Shown: piece by piece, positions 42,201 to 56,479 of the stretch
Layout: each line of letters begins with the position of its first letter
Numbering within the stretch: the first letter of the stretch is position 1
Source: Octopus sinensis
Taxonomy: Eukaryota
Length of the DNA stretch: 64,000 nt
Direction: 5' to 3'
Assembly: GCF_006345805.1 (NCBI RefSeq)
Contig: NC_043008.1
Coordinates: 45,942,001 to 46,006,000, forward strand
Program-made: the position numbers and the translations under genes
The notes under the pieces: model-generated
The model's input: the letters and a program-made list of their open reading frames with translations, nothing else
What the model was told of the DNA's origin: nothing
Databases searched by the model: none

Positions 42201-44835
42201 GAAACTCGATCCCTGTTATATAAGTCTTTCAACAAAGAAAGCCACTCCATTGCGGGTGCCTAAGCAAATAAACCAAACATATTGTCAGGTTAATGACAAT
42301 CTAATCATCTTTAACAGCAGAACACATATATTGAGATTCGACACATATCCGAAGGAGTTGTGTACTTCCCCCTTCCTAAAAGCTACAAGCGATTGAATTC
42401 CTAATCTGGTATGGCAGGCGAAAACAGTGTATGTTGTTTTTTTAAGGAATCTCTAACAGTACACACGATCAATCTAAATTACTTATCTTCCCTTTCTCTT
42501 GCTCTCCCTCTCCCTCTCTTTCTCTGTCTCTCTCTCTCTCTCAATCACACACACACACACACACACGCACACACACTCAATCACTCTCTATCTCTCTCCT
42601 CTTCGATCCTTACATGGGCTTCAACTGTCCATATGTGGCTAGTTCCCTACCACTTAGGCAGCCCTTCACTTCACAACGCTTATCTCCCACCAGAACGTCG
42701 CCTTCTATTTTCATGGGATCAATAACTGCCTGGAATCGGAACTTAAATTGCTTCCCGGTGAGGTTTTTTCATGCATACACATGTCATATATCTTGTTGGC
42801 CTAGATCCGAACTGTGGCCGACAGTTTAAGGTTATTACATTCAACTATTTTCTGTTCCCCAAATTTCCGGTCGTATCGAGAAAACGTGTTATTGTTATTA
42901 CCAAACTATGCTTTGTGTGTGATTGGCCGCTATAATTTTGGAATCAGGTTTTGTTTCTGAATTCATATAATTTGTTGTAGATTCGTCTCTTCATTTCTTC
43001 CCTATCCATACAAAGAACTTATTTAAACAGATAACTTCCGATTTCCAAATAGTGTCATTGGTCAATGATCGGTGGATATTAAGAGAAAATGGGAGGAGAG
43101 TAAGTTATAAAGGGTTTACTCCTTGTTATATTGTTTTTTCAAGGTACGGAATAGATATTACGAAGACCGTCATCTTCATAAAGAAAACAGAAAAAAATTT
43201 TAAATCACAAGTTCTAACAGTATCAGTGATATTTGTGCGGAAATGTATTTAAGTGTAACATCAGAGAAGAATGTTAGATTATTTATTACAATGACATTAG
43301 TGCCAATGATGGAAATAGTTTTATTATGGAGAGTAATAAACTGGATGTGACGGCATCTAATGTGTTTGGCAAATGAAATGCCTCAATTACTAAAATTGCA
43401 ATTTACTGTTGGAAAGCCATAGATTTTAAAAATATTTCCTTGCTTGCTGTTTCTACATTAAATTAGTGGGAAGAATCTAACATAAAAATTGTCATAAGAA
43501 TATGTCTTGATCCAATATTATTGATAGTATTTCTCAGCTAAACCAATGGCATCCTGTAGAATGTTTTAGAATTCAGAAATGTAATGATAATTCTTGTAAT
43601 TTGTAACCGAGAAAACAACAATAAACAACTCGATATAGAAGATTGTGTTTAAGATAAAATGTTTAGGTTTATTTCTTTGATTCAAATCGAAATGAATGCT
43701 GCCATGTATTCTGAAGTATACTGCAGTTACCAAATTATCTTCCATCTCCTTTGCATATGGTAAATCCATTGCTTATTTTAAAATTCAATGTTTTGGTTTT
43801 GGATTCTTTTCAGAAATTGTCTTCTCGATGATATGGACTTTATAACAGACACCATACTATGCGTGATACAAATGTTATGTACTTCATGTGAGTTTTCCAC
43901 AAGCATGAAATATTTTACAGAGAAACAACACAGTGTGCGCTACACACTACATTGATTCTGTAGTCCTTCCGGTCTGACCTTAAGGACACCACGAGAGCAA
44001 AATGGTATAAGTGCTCCAGTTGGTTCAGATATCGAGCGTTTCTGCTCCGTACAAGAAGAATGTGGTATTGATAAGTTCGAATCGATAACAATTCACACTT
44101 GAAGTCTATCAATAGTAATCCTGCATACTTCAGTCATAAATGATTCCCTAAATAGTCAAAGCTGACGTTTTCCAGGAGATTTATATCTAAAGCTCATATA
44201 AACACAACTCAAGTTTTCCTGAGACTGGTGAAGACCCTGGCTTTATTGTACGCAAATGTCAGGAGACGGACGATGTTTTGAAGGTCTTCCTCGGTAGAGT
44301 GAGTATTTTTCACACAGGTCACACTTTGTTTTTGTACTTAATTTGAGAAGATTGAATCTGAATCGATTCTGATTTGTCCTTTATTTGATGACGTCGCCAG
44401 AGAGAAGTGAGGGTTTAACGGAATGCGTGATGGCCAGAAAGATTATGAATAGTGTTGAAATGAGGAAGCATTCCTTTTTGATGTCAGAATTAAGTTGTTC
44501 GGGTATGGTGCTCCTTTCCCATTTGCAACAGTTGCAGTCATGACTTTAAGAAGCACCAAAAGAAGGTAACCGGAAACACAGTTGAAGAGACATGGACTGC
44601 TTCAGAGTTCTTCGTGTTCTTGGGATTGCAGACCCAATGCAACCAGGACAATGTTTGTTGCCCTTGTTGTTCCATCCAAAGAGCTAAGGCTGTGCACAGG
44701 ATCCCACTTCAAATATTGCACATTACCGCCAGTTCTAAATAGATCTCCGTCAAACTCACTATCTGTCTGTCGGTCCCTCACTCTCTCACTATGTATGTGT
44801 TTTTGCGTGTGTGTATGCGTGTGAACGTGTGTATT

Positions 44836-44871
<36 letters not shown>

Positions 44872-45425
44872 TACATACATACATGCATGCATACATACAT
44901 ACATACATACATACATACATACATACATACATACATACATACATACATACATACATACATACATACATACATACATGTATATGTGTTTTTTCATGTGTAC
45001 ATATCCGTTCGTGAGCATTTGTATACATGCATGCGTGTGAGTCTATTTTTTGTCTGACACGAACAGAACCGAGAAAACATTTAAGCCTGTAAACCTAAAA
45101 TTAGATCTGAACAACTCTACATGAAATAAAAAGACAAAGAGAAAAGGTTACGGAAACATAATTGCAATGAATGACTGAAATAATTCTTTGCTAGTAGATT
45201 GAATAATGTCACGAAAGTTTGAATAACAGAGCCAAGCAGACTGAACGGTCACACTGTATGGTCAGCGTGCCGGAAATAATAGAATATGAAATTACAAGCA
45301 GAAAAGACAACGTTAAAGAGAGTTGAGTATAAGTTACGTTGATAGCAGACCACACAACAGGTAGTTTTCTGCTAACAACTGGCAAAGTTGAAGAAGACAA
45401 GAATATTATCTCTCTCGAAACACAC

Positions 45426-45467
<42 letters not shown>

Positions 45468-45946
45468 GCGCACACACATACACGCGCGCGCGTACATACA
45501 CACACACACACGCACGTACACACACACACACGCACGCACACACAGACACGTACACACACATACACGCGCGCGCGTACATACACACACACACACACGCACA
45601 AACACACACACATGTAGGAATAGTGGAATAGCAAAATATAAATAGCATTAATTATTTAGTTTTTAAGCACCGTTTCTCTAATTTCTGATCTAATCTCATC
45701 TCGATCGATTTCGGTTTTACGAAACGAAGCTTAATAAAAAAGAAAAAAGAAAAAACACTAAAACATTACCTAATAAATTAAATATATTATATTTCCCCGT
45801 CAGTCAAAATTGGTTTATATCGGAAACTGTATGTCTCTACTTCTGCTGCAGCTGCTGCTATTACTGCTGATAATAATTATAATAATAACAATAATAATAA
45901 TAACGATCATCATCATTATCATCATCATCATCATCATCATACTAAA

Positions 45947-46501
45947 TGCCCTGATTCAGTACCAGGCAGTGGTTTTATGGCTTCTGATCTTGACTGATTG
46001 GAAGTCTTATCATAAACATTGTTTCGTCTTGGTATAAAACATGGGCTACAGCAAATATTCTGCTCAATATCACGGATTAATATGTGAGTTGTTTGACCTT
46101 AACCGGTTGAGCATGTCCCTTAGTGGATGACTATATGTGCATCTCTGAACACGAGCAGAAATAGTGGGGGAGCATCATAGCCATGTGTTGAGAGGAATCC
46201 GTTGTGGTTTGGATAATTCACCCCTGGAAATATGGGTGTTTCATTCAACATCCTTACACAATCCTTTTTCAGGGACCTTTTCAGCGGGATGGACTACTCG
46301 ACCTGAAGAAAATTCTAACTGGGCCCCACCTGCAAGGTTATGTGCTATTCATCTTTATGTGAGGTCACCATGTCGCGTACATATGGTTGTGATGCATGTG
46401 CCTTGTGTACCCTTATCAGACGAGCAGTCTTGATGGATATATTGAGCTTCGTGTATTTATAACCGAGTGTCACTTTGATGGCATGCGCGGCTTTCTCACT
46501 C
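45947..46501 (+). mobile_element. ~550-bp non-coding interspersed repeat, copy 2
   Basis: Homologous to 24954-25495; flanked by (AAT)/(ATC)n on the left and degenerate (GATAAT) on the right. Confidence 0.75.
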
Positions 46502-46749
46502 GGTGATAATAATGATAATGACCTCCACAATAGGTATAAACAGGTACTTGTCTCGTATAGAGGACTGGATGCTGCGACGTGTGTGTGAGCATGATAGCAG
46601 CAATGAGTAACATTTTGTTATCAAGGCGGCTCAAATGCACGAAAACATGATGCGGTCCAGGAGTTGAAACAATAATCTTACAATCATGATTGGAAGGCAA
46701 TACTCTTTCAAGCCACGCGTCTCCACACTACTACTGCTGCTGTTACAGC

Positions 46750-46968
46750 TGCTACTACTACTACTACTACTACTACTAATAATAATAATAATAATAATAA
46801 CAACAACAACAGCAACAACAGCAAAAGCAATGATGAGGATGGTGATTCTGATAATAAACTGAGGTCTTTTTGCTTTTCATTCATTTCCAACTTTTGGATT
46901 TCTTTTTGCCTTTAGTTTTTTCATCATCATCGTCACCATTACTGACGTTGCACTTCTTCTTCTTCTTT

Positions 46969-47052
<84 letters not shown>

Positions 47053-47200
47053 TGTTCCTTCACTTCCTCCCTCATCTCTTCCTTCTTCTTCACCTCCTTC
47101 TGTTCTTTCTCCTCCTCTCCCCCTTCTTCTGCTTCCTTCTCCTTCACCTCCTCCTCCTCGTTCTACTCCTCCTTTTCCTCCTCCTCCTCCTTCTGTTCTT
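46750..47200. repeat. Compound triplet-repeat cluster with inverted symmetry
   Basis: (CTA)n(AAT)n at 46752-46800 versus (ATT)n(TAG)n at 46971-47052, then a CT-rich tract. Confidence 0.85.
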
Positions 47201-47931
47201 CTTCATACTACGTAGGTAAGTTTCATTCGTATGCTTTCATTCTATTAAATATAACTGTTTTTAGATAAATTATGCAACTTATAATACCTGTATTTTGTAT
47301 TGATTATTGACTTTTCAGAAACATTCAAACAAATATATATATAAACTATTTATCGATTTCACATTGTATTTTTAACTTGTAATTTACTTAGAAATTTAAT
47401 AGATACGATAGACGACGGTTAAGACATTTTAAACATGAATTTGAATTAATATATAGCTCCTTATTTGGTACTTTTGACTAGACATACACATACATCTTAA
47501 CCAGTATTTTATTTGGCGGGATTCTTTTAACTACATATATTTATTGGATTTCATACTGAGGAAGTCAAGAATTAACTATTAGATATTAAAACAGCCAACT
47601 CTTTTAATTTTCTAGTCGTGATTCAAATTTTCGTGACTGGAAGAAAGCATATACTAACACCTATATAATAATGATAACTAAGAAAAATTCAATCTATATT
47701 TTAAACGTCTTTTTGTTTATTTTTCCTTTAAAATCTCACCTACTCAAGAGTAAAAATTTGACCTTTGTGATGTTCTTTTATTGAAATATTGGTCCTTTTT
47801 ATCAGAAACAAATGTCTGGGGTTATGGAATAAAAGGATAATCCATTTTAACATTTGATCTGCTTCAATCCATTTATTTGATGAAATTTATTGAATTTTGT
47901 TTGATAAATTAAGCCTTATATTGATAATTTG

Positions 47932-48000
<69 letters not shown>

Positions 48001-49224
48001 GTGTGTGTGTGTGTGTATGTTTATGTATGTATGTACGTATGTAAGTACAGAGGGAAAAGGGGATGCACTTGAGGGTAAAAAGGTTGCGAGGAGAGAGAGA
48101 GTCCTGTTGCAGCCTATTTTGTGGGCGTGAGTTAGGGCGATTTCAACAATGGTGAAAAGCTATCTACCAGAATTGAATAGACTTACCAAGTCACAAAGTC
48201 CTGGTCGCGGTTACAAACGGTGGAGATGAAGGAACGGAGTAATTAGGAGAAAGAAATGGCCAGTTGACTCAATCGCAATATACATATAATCAGGTCGCTC
48301 TCGAGTACTTTTAGTCGCTCTTCTTTGCTACTGGAAACATGTAACCCAATACAACCTGTTACATGGTCGGGTAGTCAGCAACTAAACTGGTAACCCCACC
48401 AAGCTTGCTATAGGAGGAGGGGGTTGCTGGACACCGCGCGGACGAAAAGTAAAACCTGTCAAAAGGGCAGAGGAAGTCATGAGTAGCCAACGACCATCCA
48501 ACAAAGATGTGTATATGTATTTACTGTTTTATCTTATTTTATCAATATTTTAAACTTGATGTATTTAATTTCATATATTAGAGGGCAGATGGGGCTCCTT
48601 AACCGTGGTGAATGCATCCAATCTTTGTTTGCTGAGAGTTTCCTGAATAAAGCTGTACAATCAGCAAATTCTGACACATGGGTAGACTAATCTCTCCAGC
48701 TTATTTAAAGCGGCTTGACTAGGAGATGGAAACCTCTGAAGAAAAAGCCTGAGGAGTGTTGTTCTTGGTATTGTGGCACATATGTGAACCATAGTCTTCC
48801 TATCATCACTTCCAAAACTTGTGGCTGATTCTACACAGGCTTTCAACACTCAAATCAAATCACATGTGGGTTTTCTGACAACTTACATTTATTCATTCAA
48901 TACGGCACAGCTTCAACTTTCAAAAATCAAGAAGTCCTTTGACGAGAGAGGGAAAGTTGCAGGGACAGGTAAAGAATATTACTGGATCTCAACATAGTAG
49001 GCGACTATTGATTAATAGCCGATCCAACACAGAACTTGTGAGTAACTGTGCTGTCTGTGGCTTCTAGCGGTGACAAAGCAGGTCTATTTAGACAAAGTAC
49101 TGCGTTCTACAACAGGGGAAGGTGCGAGAAATGGAGCCCCAAACATTGCTTACTCACCTTAAACTTGTCAGACCGCTGCAGCTCTGGTTCTTCAGTACCG
49201 CAGTTGAAACAGGAAGAAATCTAA

Positions 49225-50700
49225 GAATATTAACCCTGGTTCTTGGAATGTGCGCACTCGCCAAGATGGCCGCTCCGCAACAGAATGAAAAAGAGCACTT
49301 TTTGCCCTTGAACTAAAGAAATACAATATTGACATAATTACAGTCAATGAAACAGGTCCTGCAGGATCATCAGAGTTAGAAGAAAGTAAAGGTGTCTACA
49401 TATTTTTCTGGTTTGGAAGAAATGAGGACGAGCCACGCGACTGTGGTGTTGATTTTGCCATCAAGACAGAAGTAGCTAGATTCCTTCTCTCTTTACATAG
49501 GTTGTACTTGATCGCTATAGTGTAGGTCAAATGAATTGCAGCGGTCTGCTTGTGCTTCCATCTGCAGGGAATTTAGTCTATGCTTCACAAATACTATATT
49601 GCAAGACGACCTGGATGCACACTAGACCTAAGCATTGGCAACTCATAGACAGGTCATGGATAAGGTACGTGAGGAAAATAGAGAATTGTTCATGGTATTC
49701 GTTGACCTTACTAAGGCCTTCGACACTGTTAGCCGGCGAGCAGTAATGTAAGTTCTGAAAAAGCTTGGTATATCTGACAAGATGCTGAATGTCATCATCT
49801 CCTTTCACGATGGAATGAAGGCTGCTGCCCTGCCAGGTGAAGAATCTTCGGCTTCCTTCGACGTTACAAGCGGCACTAAACATGGTATGTTATGCCCCCG
49901 TCCTTTTTTGTTTGGATTCCTCTTTTCAGTTATGCTGAGGTATGCATTTGGTGACCTACAAAGTGATGTTAAATTCCAGTTTAGAACAAGTGGTGGACTA
50001 TTCAATCATCAGTTTTTCAAAGTCAGAACACTGCTACGTACCAGAATCATTCGTGATGCTGCACTAGGAGCGACCTCCTTAGAAGTAGTTCAGGAACGTC
50101 TAGACCGGGTTTCTGCTGCATCTAAAGCCGTTGGTTTGACTATCAGCATGAAGAAGACAGAAGTAATCCACCAAATTTGCCCTACACCTAAACAAATTCA
50201 TGGTGTCAAGCAGAGGCCAACACTTTCCTGACACTCCTATACAGGTTGATGTGAGAAGCCTAAATTATGTGAAGTCATTTACATATCTTGTTAGTAAAGT
50301 GAATTTGAGCGATTCTCTTCATGATGAAATCGTCAACCATCTTTCAAAGGGGAACCAACGCATTTGGCAGACTCCGTCATCGCCTATGGAGTGACAGTTT
50401 TTAATGCCGACCTGTTTGGCATGCGTAAGATTGGAGCAATCGACAGCTTCCTTATGCAATCACAATTTCACTAGGCTGGCCATGTCGTCAGAATGAGTGA
50501 TGAAAGACTAACCAAAGTCCTCATATACAGCCAGCTTGAGAGTGGGCACAGGAATGTTGGTCAACCATGGGTCAAATATAAGGACACGCTGAAGAGTAAC
50601 CTCTTAGAAATGAAGACAGCTCACAACACATTTAAGCGAACAGACATGGAACGACATGCTTCGAGGTGCAAGGCAAAGGAGAAAAGCGGCTGAAAACATA
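49225..50700 (+). mobile_element. Degraded RTE-clade LINE (APE and RT) with internal deletions
   Basis: GSWNVRT, ELKKYNIDI..VNET, YIFFWFG, KTTWMH.RPKHWQLID, FVDLTKAFDTV, SFHDGM, GLTISMKKTEV, WAGHVVRMSDERL.K..IY.QL; the FADD region is missing. Confidence 0.85.
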
Positions 50701-50857
50701 ACATCTGCACTGGCCTGCAATCCTCGTACTTGCTGCACCTGTGGCCCCCTTTGCAAATGGTTAACGGGAATTAAATGTCACATTCGACGTAAGCATTGTG
50801 ACTGACAAAGTAAGAGTACGTTATCGGAGCCTCATACGTCGAACAAATAGAAGAGTT

Positions 50858-50931
<74 letters not shown>

Positions 50932-50982
50932 ACGCGCGTGTGTGTGTGTGTATCTGTATGTATGTATACACACACATATACA

Positions 50983-51018
<36 letters not shown>

Positions 51019-51034
51019 TATTATATATATATAT

Positions 51035-51560
51035 ACATTTTACTTAGATGAGTTTCACCCGAAGTTGACCCAGGCCATGTCTCATTTAATAGCACCACCT
51101 GGAAGAGATACACAGTCAGATCTTAGACACCATTGGAGCAGAGAGTTATTGTTTTCAGAGACATCCGGGTGTGAGTGGTTTGTTTGGTATTTATTGGTGG
51201 CAATCATCTGGGGACCTTTTCAATGCCGTGAAATCACTTTCCTCCTTTACGTGGGCTGGCAAGATGTTGAAGAGATCACAGCCAGTTCAGGTGAAATAGC
51301 TGTGTCGTAGTGTTGTAATACGACACGAACAGAATTTCTGTGGTGGACGGATGACACGGAGATCAAACCTCGAAAGAACTATAAAGATGATACCTATATC
51401 ATTTGAACAATGTTGATAGAATATTTTCCACATCATTCAGATGATACAGCGCTTGCGGCAATGTTGAAGGAAGTAAAGCCTGAGCTTTTTCATTCGATCC
51501 TAATATTTAAGATTGTCATGTCATTTATTTATTTTTGATTGATCCCTGGGGAGCTTCAAT
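51035..51560 (-). mobile_element. 3' end of a CR1-like LINE next to (TA)n
   Basis: Minus strand: MWKIFYQHCSNDIGI...RVIRPPQK...TLRHSYFT; 3' UTR CCAGGTGGTGCTATTAA..GCCTGGG shared with 14.8 kb. Confidence 0.7.
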
Positions 51561-51819
51561 TTTCATAATATTCTGTATCCTATGGGGGACCACAGCGGAC
51601 AACAATATTCAATATTCAACGTCCTCGAACCCACAAGAGTAAACAAGAGGTAGAGAGTTAGGAAAATGCCACTTGTATTTGAACACTATGCAAATATTCT
51701 ATAATTTTTCCCAAATGTAATAATTTTCTATACCTACAGTTGAAAAAGTCTCAATGACGGAAACCGGTACTGAAATGTTTTTTACAAAATTATTTTAGCA
51801 TTTTCTACCATTACCAATT

Positions 51820-51917
<98 letters not shown>

Positions 51918-52054
51918 TTGAATGTCCATATTTAAACTTGGAAGTATATAATAATACTACCGATAGCACTGGAAAATTCTGAATGTGGACGAGCTTTATA
52001 CTGCACCCTGCCACGTTTCTAACGGAATATAACATAAATATATGTATATATATG

Positions 52055-52134
<80 letters not shown>

Positions 52135-52327
52135 TGTTGTATATCAAACCCAAAATGTTATATTTAATTTGTTTAGCCGCATAATTGGCTTCTCAACTGT
52201 ATTTGTCTCATCACCATTCTTTACCCCAGAGAATTTGTCCCTCGTAAAGATGTCGGGGCTTAAGTCCGAATCATTGGAACTCCACTAAGTTCTCCCGATA
52301 TCGAGAATCTCTGAATCTCATCTATTG

Positions 52328-52373
<46 letters not shown>

Positions 52374-53879
52374 GAAACCAATCATTGCGGTGCTTTTCTG
52401 ATATTATAGCATTTATTGTAGAATTTTACAATTCTATTTGCGACTTGCATAAACCAAAATCAATATTACAATTTATATAGGAGACCCATTGTTAAAAAAG
52501 TCGAAGACTTTGCATTAAATTGGCTTTAATGTTTCCACACGTGTATCGTCATCATTAAATATATATATTTAATGTCTCTCGTTGTGAACTTCGGTAATTC
52601 TTTGTAATTTATTGCTTTAAGAAATGGGAAATATGAATTAATTTCCCCCACTCAATCATCTTTTCATAATACCCACAGTTTTATATCAAGTGTTTTATCA
52701 CTTTCTCTGCCGTTTCTCTTTAACGGTCCGTATACTCTTTATTCCGTATTTATTTTAATGTATATCTCTTTATATTTACGTAACTATTCGCCTCCAGTCT
52801 GGCTTCCTTCGCTGAAATTGTAACGGCCCACACCACCTACTCACATACACAATCATATGCATGAGCAATATATATACATGAGTATATATGTGCGTGCGTG
52901 TGTGTTTATCTGTTTGTTTGTATGTATGCGTATGTGTGTATGTGTTTTTGTGTTTGTCTCTGTGTGTGTATGTGTGTGTGTGTACAAATGAGTGTATAAC
53001 TATATAGCTTGCATACACACACACACACAGTTATGTAAATAGTTATACCCACTTAAAGGCACCCATCACGCACAGAGATAATTATAGCTCAATATATTTA
53101 TATTTCTATGCACGCAAACAATGATACATAGACAAACATTTTAATAATGTATATATTCTTATAAATATTTCATATACGCAATATGTTGCTGAATAATCTT
53201 TCAGTTGTCAGTATTCTTTTATCCATTCACAATATATTTTAACATCTTGCGTCAGATTGCTTTTTATAAATTTGAAATGATTTGTTCTTAATTTTGCAAA
53301 TGCCTGCACTATAATTCGGATTTTTTTAACAAAAACTTTTCTGTCCTTTGATTATTATTTTCTACCTTTGTTTCTCTTTCCATTTGCTTCTCCCTGTTCA
53401 GTCTGGCATTCTTTTATTTTCTCCGTTTACATTCAAAAATTACTTTAGAGTTTTTGAACGCATTAATGTATTTCAGTTTCAGATCTAATACTTTTCATCA
53501 TTCTTTCAAGATTTGAATAGAGAAATATATTCAAAAACATTAATATAGATATTAGGAAACCGTTATGTAATCTAACATCTTTTCTTATAACAAATAAAAG
53601 TTATAAAGGCTTTTACAACGAAACAATGAACTTAACACTTATTTGAAATAAACTGTTTTACGAAAACTCCGATTTTCTGGCATTACTTAATCAGAAATAC
53701 CTTCTCTTTTTTTGTTTCCGAAAAATCTATGTTTTGGTGAAATAATTTGTAAATTGAAAAAAACTTAATATTTACCGTTCGTTCTTAAAGAACTATGGCG
53801 CTCTGTTCCTCTGAAAGTGAATTAAAATTGCAAATAAAGGGTAATTACTATAAAATGATTAGCAAAAAAGCTTATAACT

Positions 53880-53919
<40 letters not shown>

Positions 53920-56384
53920 TAACATTTTCTATCTTATAATAGCTGTCTTTTAAAGATCGATGGCAACAACAAATGAGAGAACACTTCATGGCAAGTTATC
54001 GAGTTCGACGCCTTGCATTCTACCAACGAAACATTATCCGTGATATTTTCTTTTCTTTGTTCGACGTTCTACGATTTCCGATTTTAAAAAGGGAAGAGAA
54101 TCTGAATGGATATTGTTTGTTTTCTTAAGAAGATTAGCAACAGAAACCAAGAAAATTGGCACTGATCGTTTACAAATCATCGATTGTCAGGATCTTATTT
54201 AGGGTGGATGTCGATAGGATGCTGACATAAATTTCTTTGTATTGTGTAATTTAAAATACATTATAGCATCGATATATTTTCTTACTGCAGAATTTCAAAA
54301 GAAATTTAATCGTTCTGCCATACACACCGCATAACCAATCCGTATAGAATACATCGATTAACACACTGAGAAAAATGTTAATCGTGAGAAATAGTATTTA
54401 TAGTAACTAACTTTGAAATAGACTTGGCATTTCAAATGTTGTAGTCCTTACTGTTAGTAATGAGACCAACCAGGAAATCAAGGAATCAAAGAAAGATTGG
54501 GGTGAGGCGTATTTGGGGACAGAATGCTTATGAACACAACTAAATAACGACATCTTTTGCTGGGCTCAACTTGTTCTCATATTCACTGTACAAAGGACCT
54601 CATTAATAATTTATTTTGCTGAACAAAGGTGGAAATTCACCCTAAAATTTGTGTGATGAAGCCGAATGAGTTTAAAGCCAGAAATTTGTTGCGTGTACTT
54701 CAGTCGATACACCCCCTGTTATAAAGACGGATTAGGTACCAAAATACATATTTAATTCCGAATGTATCTGACTTCCAATTTAGGGGGTCGGAATGGAATA
54801 TTGTGTGTTACATATTTCGGTGGTAATCGATTCCTAAAACTATTTATTTCGTTGAAGTGATATTTATGTTAGGTAAGGATATTCTAGTTTGATTCTAGTA
54901 TAAAAGCAGATATTTGAGTTATCGATACTTTAATCTTCTAAGTAACCAAAGATATTAAAGTATTGAAGAAATATCTGAAATCTTGTAGAACTAAAGCATC
55001 AACAAACCATTTATTCACGACTAGCAGCCAATTTACTTTCACCTGATACATCTTCAGTGACAGCAGAACCCAAATTTCTCCTTCAGCCATTATCGCTCAT
55101 GTTAGTATCCTGGTCACGAGGTTGGCAATATCGAGCTTTAAAACACTCTTAACTATAGAATAAATTCGAAACCATAAGCGAAATATTCTTTAATGAGAAA
55201 GTAACCTGAAGATCTATAAATGTAAAAAAACATGTTCTTGCTTATAAGAAATAGTTAATCGATCTGCAAGTGAAACAAGAAGCGAATTTGCAAAATGGGT
55301 CGAGCATCGAAGAAAATACTTTGCAATATTGTCCAGCTTAAAACATTCTGAGTTTATTTCTTTATCAAGTATGGCTTTACCGATTCTATTTCCCTCGGTT
55401 TATAAAATAAAGTTGCAGTCCAGGTACCTTATTTCATCGACGGAAAAAATATATTGTTGTAGAGCATAAGCCTTTTTTTAAAATAACATTTGTCCCAGTT
55501 CTTCACGTTCTGTACTCTATGGCAAATAGGAAGAACTTGCTTGCATAAAACGACGAGAAGTTGTAAGAAATAACATTGGAGATGCAGTAGAATATACATT
55601 TGAATTGTTTGTCGAAATATCCAAAGTGATATCATTGACAGACACTGTCGAGGATATCAGCGGGATATATTCGTCGACTTGATGGTACAAAGAGTATGCT
55701 ATTCAAACAGGTTCTGCTTAAGTAAAGATACCGCATGTTCTATTTTCATGAACAAATATCACTGAATACTTTATAATGGGCTTCATTATATTTCGTTTTA
55801 TTGTCACTGTTTCAGTTAGAAAAATATTAGTCGTAGAAAACCATATTTGGGAGATTTAAATCCGACGCATTTATATCCGGTTGATTCTCTATTTCAGAAA
55901 ACTTACTATTTTATACATTTGCCTCGTGACACGAAGTAAAACAGTGAATATAAGAGGTGTAAAAAAATAATGCCAACTATCTAGGTAAAATCATTATTAT
56001 GTCATGAACTGAACTGAGACCACAGTTGTAACAAGAACCAGAAATGCAAAGGTCTTCCTTTAGAGATAAAATAATAATTGCTTAAAAGATGAGCAGAAGG
56101 CCAAATATTTTCAGTGCTGAAATCGTATTTAGTCGACACTTTACTTTTATAGACCTCGAAAAAGTAAAAGCCAGTGTTGATATAAACTCTATACATAAAG
56201 AGCTGAAAAAGAATTATCCGACTATGAGAAAATACTGGCCTGATGATAATAATAATCATGAACGCAATGATCGTTTCTACTGTGTGCACAAGACTTGAAA
56301 TTTTTGAGGAGAGATTTGATTACTCGATCACTGTGTTCAACTTCTAATTATTTAATCAAACACAGAAGGGGAGCTGGGTAACAT

Positions 56385-56478
56385 TTGCATTCAGGACATA
56401 AAGACGGGCGAAATGATGCTAAGCACTTTGTCCGGCGTGCTAACGATTCTGCCAGTTTCCTCCTCGAACAGCCGCGCA
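56385..56478 (-). mobile_element. SINE family B head fragment
   Basis: GCTAAGCACTTTGTCCGGCGTGCTAACGATTCTGCCAG. Confidence 0.65.
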
Positions 56479-56479
56479 G

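Noticed and set aside
42030-42263. ORF loosely resembling a hAT dimerization domain (RRNWL)
   Set aside because: Diagnostic SERxFS motif and TIRs are absent.
39420-44720. Several GC-richer patches (39.4-39.9, 40.2-41.1, 42.6-42.9, 44.2-44.7 kb) that look like old DNA-transposon debris
   Set aside because: At most one partial SPDL-like motif at ~40250; the family cannot be assigned by eye.
48300-48480. Structured GC-richer segment upstream of the RTE, possibly a 5' UTR HDV-like ribozyme
   Set aside because: Only simple hairpins could be drawn; linkage to the RTE 750 bp away is unproven.
55010-55670. Possible host exons (minus-strand MAEGEIWVLLSLKMYQ before GTGAAA; plus-strand EELACIKRREVVRNNIG...)
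   Set aside because: Short, weak splice context, no recognisable domain and no consistent multi-exon chain.
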